This document shows, piece after piece, positions 51,247 to 64,000 of a stretch of 64,000 nt of DNA (position 1 is the stretch's first letter; each line of letters opens with the position of its first letter). The position numbers and the translations under genes are program-made. Source of the DNA: Girardia tigrina (lineage: Eukaryota); NCBI GenBank assembly GCA_001938485.1, contig MQRK01247738.1, positions 30,174-94,173 on the forward strand, read 5' to 3'. The notes beneath the pieces are model-generated. The model ran no database searches. It was given only the letters and a program-made list of their open reading frames with translations, and was not told where the DNA came from.

Positions 51247-51685
51247 NNNNNNNNNNNNNNNNNNNNNNNNNNNNNNNNNNNNNNNNNNNNNNNNNNNNNN
51301 NNNNNNNNNNNNNNNNNNNNNNNNNNNNNNNNNNNNNNNNNNNNNNNNNNNNNNNNNNNNNNNNNNNNNNNNNNNNNNNNNNNNNNNNNNNNNNNNNNNN
51401 NNNNNNNNNNNNNNNNNNNNNNNNNNNNNNNNNNNNNNNNNNNNNNNNNNNNNNNNNNNNNNNNNNNNNNNNNNNNNNNNNNNNNNNNNNNNNNNNNNNN
51501 NNNNNNNNNNNNNNNNNNNNNNNNNNNNNNNNNNNNNNNNNNNNNNNNNNNNNNNNNNNNNNNNNNNNNNNNNNNNNNNNNNNNNNNNNNNNNNNNNNNN
51601 NNNNNNNNNNNNNNNNNNNNNNNNNNNNNNNNNNNNNNNNNNNNNNNNNNNNNNNNNNNNNNNNNNNNAAACAATTCAATAGAAA

Positions 51686-51727
51686 ATTGCTGATGATGAT
51701 GTATATAAACATCGAAACATGTCCAAT
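51686..51727 (+). ncRNA. Minimal type I hammerhead ribozyme, canonical GUC site
   Basis: ATTG-CTGATGA-T-GATGT/ATATAA/ACATC-GAAA-CATG-TC-CAAT; stems I and II are fully paired. Confidence 0.85.
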
Positions 51728-52174
51728 AGTTGTATAAAAAAAGCTTTAATCAAATTATATTTTCGAAATATATGTATATATATATATATATATATAAATT
51801 GAATATAATGAACTCTCACAAGGTAAGTAGATATCGAACCCCCCGGCGGGGATCTTGTGGTGTAGAAAGCCTATGAATGTTTCAGGTATTCCTAGGTTTT
51901 AATATATATTATTAAGGTTATGTTAAATGGTTACGTTAACCAAGGTGCATTGATAGTTGATGTCTAGGTTCAGCTACTTTAGCAGATCATGTACCAGTTA
52001 TGTATAATGTCTATGAACGTTTTAAGTATAATAGGAGTTTTATACATGTAGTTTTTATATATAATATTAAAAGGTTATGTATCTTGGTTACGGTAGCTAA
52101 GGTACTTGAGATTATTGATGGGGTACATTAGGAGATTCATGAGGTATTGTTTGATGGTAAATAACATACATATA

Positions 52175-53340
52175 TTGGGTTGAGGAATAAGTTCCCGCCG
52201 TTTTTTGAAAAATTAAAATTTTATTTTTTAACAAAAACGTTACCACACATTAATCACAAATATAATCTCCGCCATTGTTCACCACTTCTTCCCAACGTTC
52301 ACCGAGTTTTTCAATGCCTCTTTGGTAGAAATCACCCGGTCTTGACTCGAAGAATTCAGGCAACCACACTTGCAGTTCTCCATCATTGTTGAACGAAACA
52401 TCACGCAAAGTGTTAGAAAGCGAACGGAAAAGATGAAAATCAGATGGAGCCAAGTCAGGTGAATACGGAGGGTGCGGTAACACTTCCCAACCAAACGTTT
52501 GAATTGCTTCTTTTGTCATTCTGGCAATATGAGGACGTGCATTGTCGTGTTGCAAAATAACGCCATGTTGTCGATCCGGATGTTTTTGTCTTATAGCGGC
52601 GTTGAGTCTATGCAGCTGTTGAACATAAAGCTCTGCTTTCACTGTTTGGTTTCGAGGAAGCAATTCATAATGAATAACGCATAGCATTGTGTTTCATGGT
52701 TGAAGATCCTGTTTTGCTCGCGGTGTCGATTGTTATTTTCGGCTACGCCATTTTTTGCGCTGTTCAATGTTGACGTACAGGCACCATTTTTCATCACCCG
52801 TTACAATTCGATAAAGAAATTTTTCCTTATGACCGTGAGTAGAGCGATGACGGGAAAGCAAACTCGCCGAAATTGTGGATCTCTGGTTTTTGTTGTTTTC
52901 GGTCAAAAGATGTGGGACCCAAGCTCCCATTTTTTGAACTTTTCCCATTGATTTCAGGTAGTTCGCGACAGTTTTTTGATCACAATCCATTTGTTCCGCA
53001 AATTCTCGAGTGGTTTGACGCGCGTCTTCATGCAAAAGTTTGTTCAAACGCTCTTCATCGAATTCATTTGGTCGTCCTGAACGAGGAGCATCCTTGAGGT
53101 CAAAATTGCCAATTTTAAACTTTGCAAACCAATCACGAGCGGTTCTATCAGCTACAGTACCTTCTCCGTATACAGCACAAGCTCTCGGGCAGCGTCTGCG
53201 GCTTAGGCGCCTCGATTATACGCAAACAATAGCTGTCAAATAACATATAACATTACATCAAAAACTTTGATTTAAATATTAAATTGATTAAAAATTGATT
53301 AAAAATTCAAAAAACGGCGGGAACTTATTCCTCAACCTAA
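52175..53340 (-). mobile_element. mariner transposon (D,D34D), near full length, frameshifted
   Basis: TA TSDs and about 30-bp TIRs; motifs WVPHLL, IVTGDEKW, HDNARPH, YSPDLAPSD. Confidence 0.95.
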
Positions 53341-53859
53341 TATCATAGAGTTTCAGATATATACGAAAAAAATGATTTTTGACTGCTCTGAAGAAGCAAC
53401 AGTTGTCATACGAAGAGAAGTAGAAATATCGTCCGTCGAAAGAGCTAACTACAAAGTTACACTGGTTAATAGATCAGAAGCGACGGAAGCTCAGATGACA
53501 TATCCTCAGCTCTAAATATAAGTGGATAAAACTGGTTTATCGATTTCAAATAAATTAAAATTTTTAGATTCATGATTTTTTTGAGATACAAAATTAACAC
53601 AAAAGTAAAAATTTTCACACAAATTTGAAAAGACAATTAAGTGAAATAAATTCAAAAACAGTTATTTATATGTATACAATTGTTTATATGATATGAGTTC
53701 CGAAATTTAAATTAAATGTTTCCTCTAAAAAAATAAAAACTCAAAATTTTGTTTAAAAAATTTGTATTTTTGATATTAATTAATTTTTCTTGAAAGTAAC
53801 AATTCATTTTAATATAATTTTAAATTCTTAGCAAATAATTCCTCCATGTCAAATAATGC

Positions 53860-54450
53860 TTATTGACAGAATCACAATTTGAATGTAAACATTTATTGAC
53901 AACACAAACAGATTCTTCACAAAAATTCTTAGAGAGCATCTTTCTTTGATTGATATAGTTTTTGTTTATGTATTCAAATCGAAAAAAACAATGAATGGGA
54001 AATTTTTTAATATTAATATTATATTTTCATTTAATTTCATATAATTTTATTGGATAAAAATACATTACGTAATTTTTAAAATAAACATTATTTTTTAAAA
54101 TATATTAAATTTAATAAGTTAAAATCGTTTACTAAAATATTATTAAAAGTAGTACTTAAAATTAATATCATTAAATTAATTTCATCAGATTCAAACAATC
54201 AGTCAATAACATATCAATCCCATCTGAGTAGGAGAGTCACAAATCTAAACAGTTTACAAACAACAAACTTACAACATTCCAAATTATTCCTCACATCCCC
54301 CTCGATTTAAATGGCTTTAGCCATTCTGCATTTCTTATTAGTATTTTACCATTGTCGAGTTGCAATTCGTAACTTCTTTCATGTCTCCGTCTGATTAACA
54401 TTGCAGGGCCAATATATCGGTCGTCTTCTTTTGATGCATTTTCTCTCTAT
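53860..54450 (-). mobile_element. Gypsy 3' end: integrase tail, PPT and LTR
   Basis: Minus strand: 'RHERSYELQLDNGKILIRNAEWLKPF', PPT GAGGGGGA, LTR TGTGAGG at 54295. Confidence 0.75.
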
Positions 54451-54955
54451 CAATACCTAGTAGATTTGATGGCTGCCGAATTGCAGAAGCGATGTGGAAA
54501 TATATTAAAATATTTTTATCAATAAATATTTGTTTGAATATTCACTATAAATAAAATCATATTTGTATCTGAAATAAAATTAGATCATCTTAATGTATTC
54601 AGATATTACAGTTAATACTCAACCAAAACGAAACCCCTGAGTTAATTGACAACCTTTCACCCAGTATAAATGAGTTATGTTAAGAGTTACAATAAGAAAT
54701 AATAACCCTAATTTTGAAATAACAAAAGAATTTCTAATGAAAAAAGTAAATTACAAAACTATTTTAGAAAAATATTGGCACTTCATACTCAAATAACTCA
54801 ATTCCAAGAACAAATCCCTAAACTCATTTCCTTACGGGAAACATAAAAAATAATAAAACAAATAAATCAAAGAAGAATTATAAGAAAATGGAAAGATTGT
54901 TTCAGTGTTATCAATCATCAATCGGCCACAGTCGCTGTTGACACCGATACGAATA

Positions 54956-55202
54956 TTACTTGGCCACTTGACAAAATCTCAAATGGTTCAAAGGTTTTTC
55001 ATTAGACTTTGAAATCCGATATGTTTTTCCACACATAAAGTATCCAAATGCCGTTCCAAATACAATTGTAAAAAATATAACACCATTAAAATACATAACA
55101 CAAACCATTAAAACAAAATTTATAAATATTTGTAATAAGTAAATTAAAGATAATAGACTGTTTTTCAAATTGAACGTATTGTTGCATCCATTATTCTTAC
55201 TT
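54956..55202 (-). CDS. Ctr-family copper transporter, 3' exon (TM2-TM3)
   Basis: Exact Ctr signature M-x3-M-x12-G-x3-G (MVCVM-YFNGVIFFTIVF-GTAFG), preceded by 'YLLQ'. Probable acceptor ttaacag near 55203. Upstream exons not found. Confidence 0.75.
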
Positions 55203-56298
55203 CTGTTAATTAATAATTTTTTATTAAATAGTCCTTATGATATATAAAATCACTTATTAAAGGGTCGACTGTTCAGGCCGGCCTTCCTAGACAGAATGTT
55301 GTTAAAGTAATACTACCCACAAAAAATCTAACTTTTCCATGGATTTATAATTTCCAATTTGGAAGGGAGCCTTATCTGTCGAAGATGGTTTATGATCCTC
55401 GTCGAAGTACCATTTTTCGTTCAAGGCTTGGCTTATTCTCTGAATGAATTTGTAAAACAGTTACACTTAAGAAGTAAATATTACTTTAATCTCAAAATAT
55501 AATTATATTATTTATTTTAAAATGTTAGAAAATATTATTTCAAAATATAATTTTACAGATATCCTTCTTTTTCAAAGTCATTCTGAAATTTTCCCTTGTC
55601 TTTTTTAATACAGTCATTTAAGAAATAAAAAAATGGATTAGATTATAACCAGTGTTCACTCCAGAGCTCTCCGGGCGGGGAAACTTACCCCAAAAAACTT
55701 TATATTTCCCCCCAAAATTTTTTACAGATTGTTAAAAAATTACAAAAATTATTTTAAAATTAAAAATTAAAATGAAAAAGTACTTAAAATAATTTATTTT
55801 GTAGTAGAGTATATAGGTTAACTTCAAGTTAAGCTTTTTAAATTTCAAATTAAACTTTTATTTACCAATTAAATTTTTTGAAACCCAAATTAACACTTCT
55901 TAATTTCAAAATAAAATTTTTTAAATTCCAATTAACTTCTATTAAATATAAATGTCATTTAATTATGAAGTTCCAAAAATTTTTAATTAAGTTGAACACT
56001 TACTTAAATTTTAGTTAAATTTTTTTTGTTAAAAGTTTTGTTAAAATTGTTTTTTTCATTTTAATATTGTTAAAAAACCTAGTGTACTGATTGTAAAATT
56101 AATGTGCTAATATGTCCACGAAATTACCGCTGACTGCAGCATTAACGTTACTTTATCTTATTATTACAATTATTTTTTTAATTATTATTCGTGGATTTAT
56201 TAATTTTTATTCGTTATTTGTTAAATATTTTATAAAAGTTAATTTGAATTTAAAACACTTTATTTTGAAATTAAAAAAGTTTAACTTGAAGTTAAAAA

Positions 56299-56337
<39 letters not shown>

Positions 56338-56989
56338 CTTTAATTTTAATGTCCGTTGTTTAAATGCATTAGAGCAGTTTTTTGTTACTTTTAATTTTTC
56401 GAATTTTGTGCTTAATTTAGTAATTGAACGTGAATAGTTTTGTTGCTAGATTTATTTGGTGTAAATCTGGTGAATGTAAATTGGAGTTTGTTTTTTTATG
56501 ATTTTTAATCTTTCACTTTACTGTTTATCAATGGCTATGAAGAACAATTGTTCTATCACTGCTTATTTCGTTAAACTTAAGAAGCCTTCTACCATTCTTT
56601 TTTCTTTATGATAAATTACTATAATACCACTTTGCTTCATCATCACCATCCACTCCGAAACAGAATGGAAGAAAGTGCATGCATATCGCGGTTCCCCTGT
56701 AATGACCCAGTCAATTATTATATATAATAAATTTTATATATATATATATATATATATNNNNNNNNNNNNNNNNNNNNNNNNNNNNNNNNNNNNNNNNNNN
56801 NNNNNNNNNNNNNNNNNNNNNNNNNNNNNNNNNNNNNNNNNNNNNNNNNNNNNNNNNNNNNNNNNNNNNNNNNNNNNNNNNNNNNNNNNNNNNNNNNNNN
56901 NNNNNNNNNNNNNNNNNNNNNNNNNNNNNNNNNNNNNNNNNNNNNNNNNNNNNNNNNNNNNNNNNNNNNATTATTATTAATATAAATAT

Positions 56990-57083
56990 CTACTTACAAT
57001 TGTAAGTAGATAATATGAGCGTTAGTGAGGCAGGCAGGCAGGCAGGCAGGCAGTGAGTGACTTGGGCTTTTATAAGATAAGAT
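56990..57083 (-). mobile_element. Non-autonomous Helitron-like 5' end with (GGCA)n
   Basis: Minus strand reads ATCTTATCTTATAAAAGCCCAAGTCACTCACTGCCTGCC... Confidence 0.45.
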
Positions 57084-58499
57084 ATATAAATTTTCTAAAA
57101 AAATATATCGATTATAAAAATCGATGAATAAAAATTTGATAATTTAAAGTTATCTGTCCTGGACTGAATTTTGATCATATCATTAGTGGTGTTGTTTGCA
57201 CCGTTCTATTATTTATCAACTTAGCTGAGCGAAGTATTATCGAATCGAGATTCAGTCATCTAATCGTCGAATCGTATTGCTATTGCTATTCTTTATGCAG
57301 ACAGAACTCTACTTTGCCAACAAAGATTTTAAAATTTAAAAAATTTCAATTAAAAAAAAGATTAAAAATTAATATAAACTACTTATAATTAATAAATAAA
57401 TATCTTGCAATTAATATATTTCGATATCTCCGAATTTTCCGTTTTTTTCCCATTTTGGGATCTTAAAAAGATTTTTTAGATCAAATTTTTACATAATCAT
57501 TCATTGTCATCGAGAATGAGTAAATATGCAAGGTTTGAAGAAAACCGGTTTCTAAATTCCATGGATATATATATATATATATATATATAGAAAGTAAGTT
57601 AATAAAAAGAATGGAAGAACACTCAGTTTTACAATGAATTCAATATATTTATTTTCTTACAACTAAGAAGTTGTTTCTGATATTTAAATATTAATTTAGG
57701 TCTCAACTCTTTATTCTAATAAAACCAAACTCTTTTCCGATTTCTCTGTTTTGTTTCGCTATTGAGCATCCAGCAGTAATCAGATAACATACTGACATCC
57801 CATTTTCCTTGGGTAACGTCTTAAAATCATGAACATCCTGATGAAATCTTCCACTTGTTCTTTGCTGAAGGCTTCCAAGTTTTTAAGAAAATAGTATATA
57901 TGAGAATGTAAAAAATGATTTTTTAAGCTGATGTTGGATATTTGAGCTTCATATGTTGTCAGCATGCGTTTTACAATGGAATTATAATTCTTATATATTA
58001 TTAATTCTTCTGAATTCGTATATTTATTATTATTATTATATAATGAGAATTATAGTTCTTAAGGTCATTCTTAGACCAAATTTATTTTTCCAAATTCAGA
58101 AATTCAAGAAAAGCATTGTCAAATCGATTTGAAGTTTATTTTTAAGTTAAACAAATGAGTTTCTAAATGTCTTAAGAATTTGAAACGACAAAACAATACA
58201 TGTTTACTCTATGACCGATACTTATCGTCTCCTTCCTTTCCTTCAGCAGAAAAATCAATTTTAAATGCTTTTCCTTGTAAAAATCTTTAATGAATTAAAT
58301 ATTAATTGTTTAATAAAATATAATTTATATTTTTCTATTTTAAAGTAAAATTGTTTGGTCTGTAAAGAAAAAGGAAGAAAAAAACTAAAATGATAATAAC
58401 AAACACAAATTAAAAACTAATAAAAAAACTAAAAAGCACAAATTTATCATTCAGATACTGTTTTATGAAGGATTTACATCATTTAAATAATAATAGGTA

Positions 58500-59280
58500 G
58501 TACCAAAAGTGTTTTAATTTGATGCAAAGTGAAAAGTTTCCTCCAAAATAAATTGAAAAATATTTGTGGATTGCAAGTTAAAATGGTATTTAAGTTTAAT
58601 TTTCATAGGTGCCAAACTCGTTGATTGAAGAATTGTTTGTTGCAGATACGTTGATCGCCCAATAAGTACTTATACACAGCAAGAAATAATTACTTCATGA
58701 AACTGATATTATAGTTGATTACAACTGGATTCGTGATTTTAAAAGTGAGACCACATTTTCATTTGGAAAAGCCTGAAAGATTCATGGAAATTGGAAATGA
58801 TTAAAAAATGCTGCAGGAAATCAAAGGGGTTTTTGCTGAATCAGATGTAAAAATCAACTCCGATTATTATGTACAAATGATAAAGAAAGCGAAAGAAAAG
58901 AGGAAAGAATGAACTCTGGCAGTTCTATGACAATGCTTCAATCCACACAACTCACTTGACCACAACAACAATTGACTTATGTGAATTATAACTGGTGCCT
59001 CACACATCATTCGCACGAAATTTCGACTTAATGATTTTGACCTCTTCTGACTATTGAAAAAAGATTTTCGAAAAAAAATTCTATATATTGTGACAATGAT
59101 TTACAGTAGCATGTCAAGGATATGCTAACTTTTAAGGAAGAGATATTTTGAACGTAATGCCACAGAGCTTACAATGAGAAATAAATCTAGACTAATTGAT
59201 TGTTTACTGTTATAAATTTGAATAAAATTGGTTGATACTTTTTGATCGAGTCTAAATATTTATTGGGGGCACTACATACT
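58500..59280 (+). mobile_element. Highly degenerate mariner remnant
   Basis: 'FYDNASIHT' (HDNA..H) followed by an eroded YSPDLAP.DF-like stretch. Confidence 0.4.
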
Positions 59281-60263
59281 CAAATTAACACAACTTTATT
59301 AAGGGAAATAATTTATTTTAAAATTATAATATTACTGTTAATAATTTGCATTATGCAAATCCAAAATAATGTAATGGAAAAACGCAAAATTTAATTACTA
59401 ATTAATATAATTACTAATCCTACATAGTAAAAAAAGTGTCATGCCAAATTGTTCTAAACTAAACAAATCATAACATTAACGGAAATTGTTTTTCGTTTAA
59501 CATTTTAAAAGTGTATACATAAATTTTCCAGTTGACTTCACAAAATGTCAAGGATAGTTCATTCAATATACTATAAGAATATTAAAATACATAAATATTC
59601 TGGCACACAAGTATTTATAATGGACTTGTATAATGTTGATCCACGATCAACCATGATCCATTGGTAAATTAAACAATGTTGATGATTTCATATCCTTTAT
59701 TTCGTATTATTATTATTTTATAATATTATTTGAAGATAAATGAAAGAATAAAGTGAGTTTTATTGTTGATCATTAATTAGAATTTATTTTATTTCATTAA
59801 ATGATATATTAGAAATATACATATATAATATATTTGATATCTAATTTTACATTATTGTAAGTTTAAATTAAAATTAATTAATAATCGGACGATGACGATA
59901 ATATCGTCGAAATTAATAATCTTCAAAAGTAAAAAAATAGAAATGGAGTGTTTGTTTTTAAATAAGTAAATTTTATTTTTAAAATTTATAAAAGTTAATT
60001 TTATTTATTCAAATAATGCTATTTTATTTAACTCACATCTCTAAAAATTATTTATCAACTTTTAAACTTTTTACAAAACGTTTTTTGTTAATTTGATGAT
60101 AAAAATTAGTTGCTGATATTCTAAAATACGAAGTTAAGAATAAAAAACTACAGTTTTTCTATTTAACTATAATATTTATAACTATAAAATAAATCACATT
60201 AAATTATTTTTTGTTTGTTTAATTTTTAAAAATTTTGACAAGTATATAATGTACAATAAAATA

Positions 60264-61236
60264 CATAGTGGGTCAAAAATTAGGGTTCATACCATATTTT
60301 GGTTTCAGCATCTGTTAAATATTGTATTCAAGGTATTAAGAACACCAACATGGGTTTTCGAACTTTTATTGTCAATACAATTAGAATTGTCTTTTGGACA
60401 ACCCTCAGCCAAGCTTTCGTAATTCGACATCGTTCTAGATTGATAACTTTTAGTTAATGTTTAATAAACAATTATATCGAACAAATTTTTCATTATTTTC
60501 AGATTTTATTTTTAAAGTTCAAATTTTGTGATTTTAGTAATAATTTTATCTACATATTAATTTTATTTAAAAAATGATTTTATTTAAAGAAAGAACATTT
60601 ATTTAATTTAAAACTTCGTTAAAAGTTATTTACTTTATTTAATTTTTTAATATTAAAATTTGAAATGATTTGATATTTTTAAAGTGTTTTAAATATCTTA
60701 TGCTGTACTTTAAAATGCAAATTATACTCGAATAATTATTCATCGTGAACATCTAAAATACCAATGTTCCATCTGGGTGGGAGAAACACATTTCGAAATA
60801 CTAAACTCAACATAAAAAATTCAACATACCAATTTTAACATACCAAATTTAAAATATTCCTCATATAAGGTATTATACTTATGTACAACAATGAAATGGA
60901 TGAAAAGCGATCCTTTTATTTACAAATACTCAAATTGTCCAAATTTAATTTCGATGCACTTCAAAACTCTGTTCTTCATTGATGAACACACTTTAAGACA
61001 AAGCTCATTAGTAATTGGTCTTGGTCTTTGGCCAAAAGCGTTGGTCTTGTCATGAAAATATTTAATTTATCATTTCAAACTGCGTACGTGGATAAATGAA
61101 ACAAGTTTATTAACAATAGTTAACAATATATAAACAAGCTAGATATAAATATTATTAATCTCAGCACTTATAAGATGTGAAGGTGAGTGATTGAATAATT
61201 TATGTGTCATTGCCCTTAACTTCTGGCCCACCGTAT
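60264..61236. mobile_element. Tc1-like remnant with nested Gypsy LTR (60440-60865, -)
   Basis: Imperfect TIRs CATAGTGGGTCAAAAATTAGGG / CCCTTAACTTCTGGCCCACCGTA. The nested LTR aligns with 32054-32455. Confidence 0.55.
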
Positions 61237-61961
61237 ATATTAGAATCAATTTCGACAAACTAAGCGTCATTTTAAAACTTACTATGTATTTGAGCATTAT
61301 GTTTGGAAAACAAAATAATAAAATTACTTTCAATATAATTGAAGAAGATTTTATTTCTACATTGACTTATGGACAAAAAGATTTATCATTAATGTTTCAC
61401 ACAATAAACAATATAAATATCACTCTTTTGATTGTGTTTCAGAATTTATTTGCAAAGATAACGACAATATATGACATTACACACATTTAAACTTTTAAAC
61501 TAAATCTGGACATAATACAGTTGGAGTAATTGATCAAGTGCTGAACCAACTCCCTATGTCTATTGATCTAGATACAATTTTTGAATTTAACGGATTATTT
61601 TTGTCGCATTTCATGAAAATAGTTTTGTATTACATGATTTTATCCAAAGATACTATTTTTCCTCGCGCTCATAAAATGCTTTGCGTCATATAAGAGAATG
61701 TAAGCAGTTTTTTAGTGGTATTCAATGAAATTCTTAAGAAAAATGATTTTAATTATTTAAAAGTAAAGATTAAAATAATTTAACACACAAATATTAAAAT
61801 ATTTTAAAAAATGGAGCTTGCAGTTTTTACCAGTAAATGGCGTATGTGTGAAATATTCACAAATTTAATCATATTCGTTTTCAATCATGAAATAACTAAA
61901 AAGAATTTTTATTGGGAAAATATTCATATAACAAGAGTATAATATTGCATTTTTGCGTTAG

Positions 61962-62410
61962 TTATATGATGAATGTTCTGAATTGTTTGTTGTTTTATAT
62001 TTTGCATGTTGTATGTTGATTCGGATTGTGTCTCTCCAACCCAGATGGCTGATTGGTATTTTCTTTGATTCTTACTAATTGAAAATAATTTAATTTAATT
62101 TTAAAGTATAATTATTTAAAATATTTTTCAAATGTAATATTTAAATTTTCGAATTTAATATTTAATTTTTAAGGTAATTTAAAATTTAATATATTTATTT
62201 AATTGGTACTTTTTTAAATGTTTAGATTTGATTTCAACCAATTAGAAATTTGATAATTAATTAATATAATAAATATTTTCAATTATTTTCAAAAATTAGG
62301 ATGAGACTCCAAAATATATTAATCAAGAAAAAATGTCGAATAGCGAAAGTAGTTTAAATAATTATTGTAATGATAATTCGACTTGTGATATTAATAAATG
62401 TTGTTAATAA
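61962..62410 (+). mobile_element. Gypsy-type LTR copy (family 1)
   Basis: Aligns with the reverse complement of 392-864. Confidence 0.75.
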
Positions 62411-62808
62411 GTCAAAAAGTCATTACGATTTTTTTAAGTTAAATAAATAAGATTTAATAGACTTTAAATTTATATATACCTTCTGAAACCTTATTTTTCA
62501 GACTGTGTTTATATAAATTATCAACTGATTTTATTCCACTTTATTAATTTATCATCGATTCGAAAACAAGAATCAAAGTGAGCATATTCATCATGTTTTA
62601 TTGTATTTTTTCAAAAATATAGATCATATAATATAAGGTTTTATGATTTATTAAATAATTGTTATAATTAGTCCCATACTTTTTCAATCAAATATCAATT
62701 ATATTTACATTATATATTTTTTTTAGTTTATAAACATTACAAAATTGAGAATAAATTGAAATAAAATTGGCAAGTTATTAAAATCAAAACTTGAAAGCCA
62801 ATTAAAGA

Positions 62809-62849
62809 TATTTATTAATTTCCACGGTTTAACCGTCATCGTCAGAACA
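62809..62849 (-). ncRNA. Minimal hammerhead (family D; one stem II mismatch)
   Basis: CTGACGA-T-GACGG/TTAAA/CCGTG-GAAA-TTAA-TA. Confidence 0.65.
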
Positions 62850-63737
62850 AATGATTTTTCAAACGAAATTTACTTATATAGTGCAGTTAATGATTATGTA
62901 ATCAATACGTAATCAGTACATCATTTAAAAACTCTCCATAAAGTTGTAGAGAGTGCAGTTTGAACGTTAATTTTAGGATCCAAAGATCTTATATATAACG
63001 CTTCACATGTCACTCTCTCCCAATAATTTTTAAATTGAGTGCACAGAATTTTAAAGTGTTGTGAAGTTATATCTCCTTTACAATGTCCTCTATGACCTGC
63101 AATGTTACTTCCACCTTCATTGCGACTGTGTTCCTGGATTCTATTACAGAGAAATGTTCAAGATCAAGAGCAATCTTGCAACACTAATGATAAAAGTTTG
63201 GGAATCGGCTATGTGTTAACTGTGCCATATTCAGAGGGGTTTAAAATATTTAAAAATTCTATTTTGAAAGCGTTAGATAATGCAATAAGTTTAAAAGTAA
63301 TATCCCGGACCCAGAAAATTGAAAGNATGTTCGGCAATAAATCTCCAACGCCATTGGGATTGTGTTCGGATCTCATTTACCAATATACATGTAATGGGTG
63401 TAACGCCACATACATTGGAGAGACTTCACGTCATCTCTGTAAGAGAGTCCAGGAACACAGTCGCAATGAAGGTGGAAGTAACATTGCAAGTCATAGAAGA
63501 CATTGTAAAGGAGATATAACTTCACAACACTTTAAAATTCTGTGCACTCAATTTAAAAAAAAATATTGGGAGAGAGTGACATGTGAAGCGTTATATATTA
63601 GATCTTTGGATCCTAAAATTAACGTTCAAACTGCACTCTACAACTTTATTGAGAGTTTTTAAATGATGTACTGATTATGTATTGATTACATAATCATTAA
63701 CTGCACTATATAAGTAAATTTCGTTTGAAAAATCATT

Positions 63738-63778
63738 TGTTCTGACGATGACGGTTAAACCGTCGAAATTAATAAATA
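63738..63778 (+). ncRNA. Minimal hammerhead ribozyme (family D)
   Basis: TGTT-CTGACGA-T-GACGG/TTAAA/CCGTC-GAAA-TTAA-TA-AATA. Confidence 0.8.
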
Positions 63779-64000
63779 TCTTTAATTGGCTTTCAAGTTT
63801 TGATTACAAAATTGATATAAATAATTTTTTATCGATGTCTGTTTCAAGTTCAGGACATTCTACTCTTGAAATAATAAGCATTGCACAATTTCTTGTTTCA
63901 GGCACTAATGCCGCTTGTTTCATACTGTAGTGAAGAATCTAGTTTAGAACGATGATCTTCTATGACTTTAGCTGGAAAGATCTCCAGGTTATAAACTTTT

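Larger units (their letters stand above)
62749..63802. mobile_element. Penelope-like family D fold-back insertion with TSD
   Basis: Left arm (-) 62749-63140 and right arm (+) 63141-63802 with GIY-YIG. Direct repeat ATTACAAAATTGA at 62736-62748 and 63803-63815. Confidence 0.9.

Noticed and set aside
57780-57965. 'LEAFSKEQVEDFIR' resembling a HECT C-lobe helix
   Set aside because: No following FxTG motif or catalytic Cys region and no supporting exons.

Overview
AT-rich, transposon-dense eukaryotic scaffold with several N blocks. It is most likely from a protostome invertebrate, possibly an arthropod (inferred from a divergent ionotropic receptor gene, a 45-nt GT-AG intron and a CAAACATG start context). 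Host genes I can support: (i) the last four exons of a divergent ionotropic receptor (+, 2860-9098); (ii) three co-oriented, intronless paralogues (-, 14370, 28091, 45012) encoding a small secreted peptide built from strict (Tyr/His)-(Asp/Glu/Gly)-Lys tripeptide repeats; (iii) the 3' exon of a Ctr-family copper transporter (-, 54956). The rest is mostly mobile DNA. It includes at least four Penelope-like retroelement (PLE) families, many as fold-back insertions carrying minimal hammerhead ribozymes. It also has Ty3/Gypsy elements (some with tiny AGT...ACT LTRs), about 10 related LTR copies, and mariner/Tc1, hAT, MULE, piggyBac-MITE and Helitron-type remnants. The best candidate for an undescribed system is the Tyr/Lys tripeptide-repeat secreted peptide family. 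Second is the shared PLE terminal module (bZIP-like sites + TATA + hammerhead) and its fold-back insertions. All calls were made by eye; no database searches were run.
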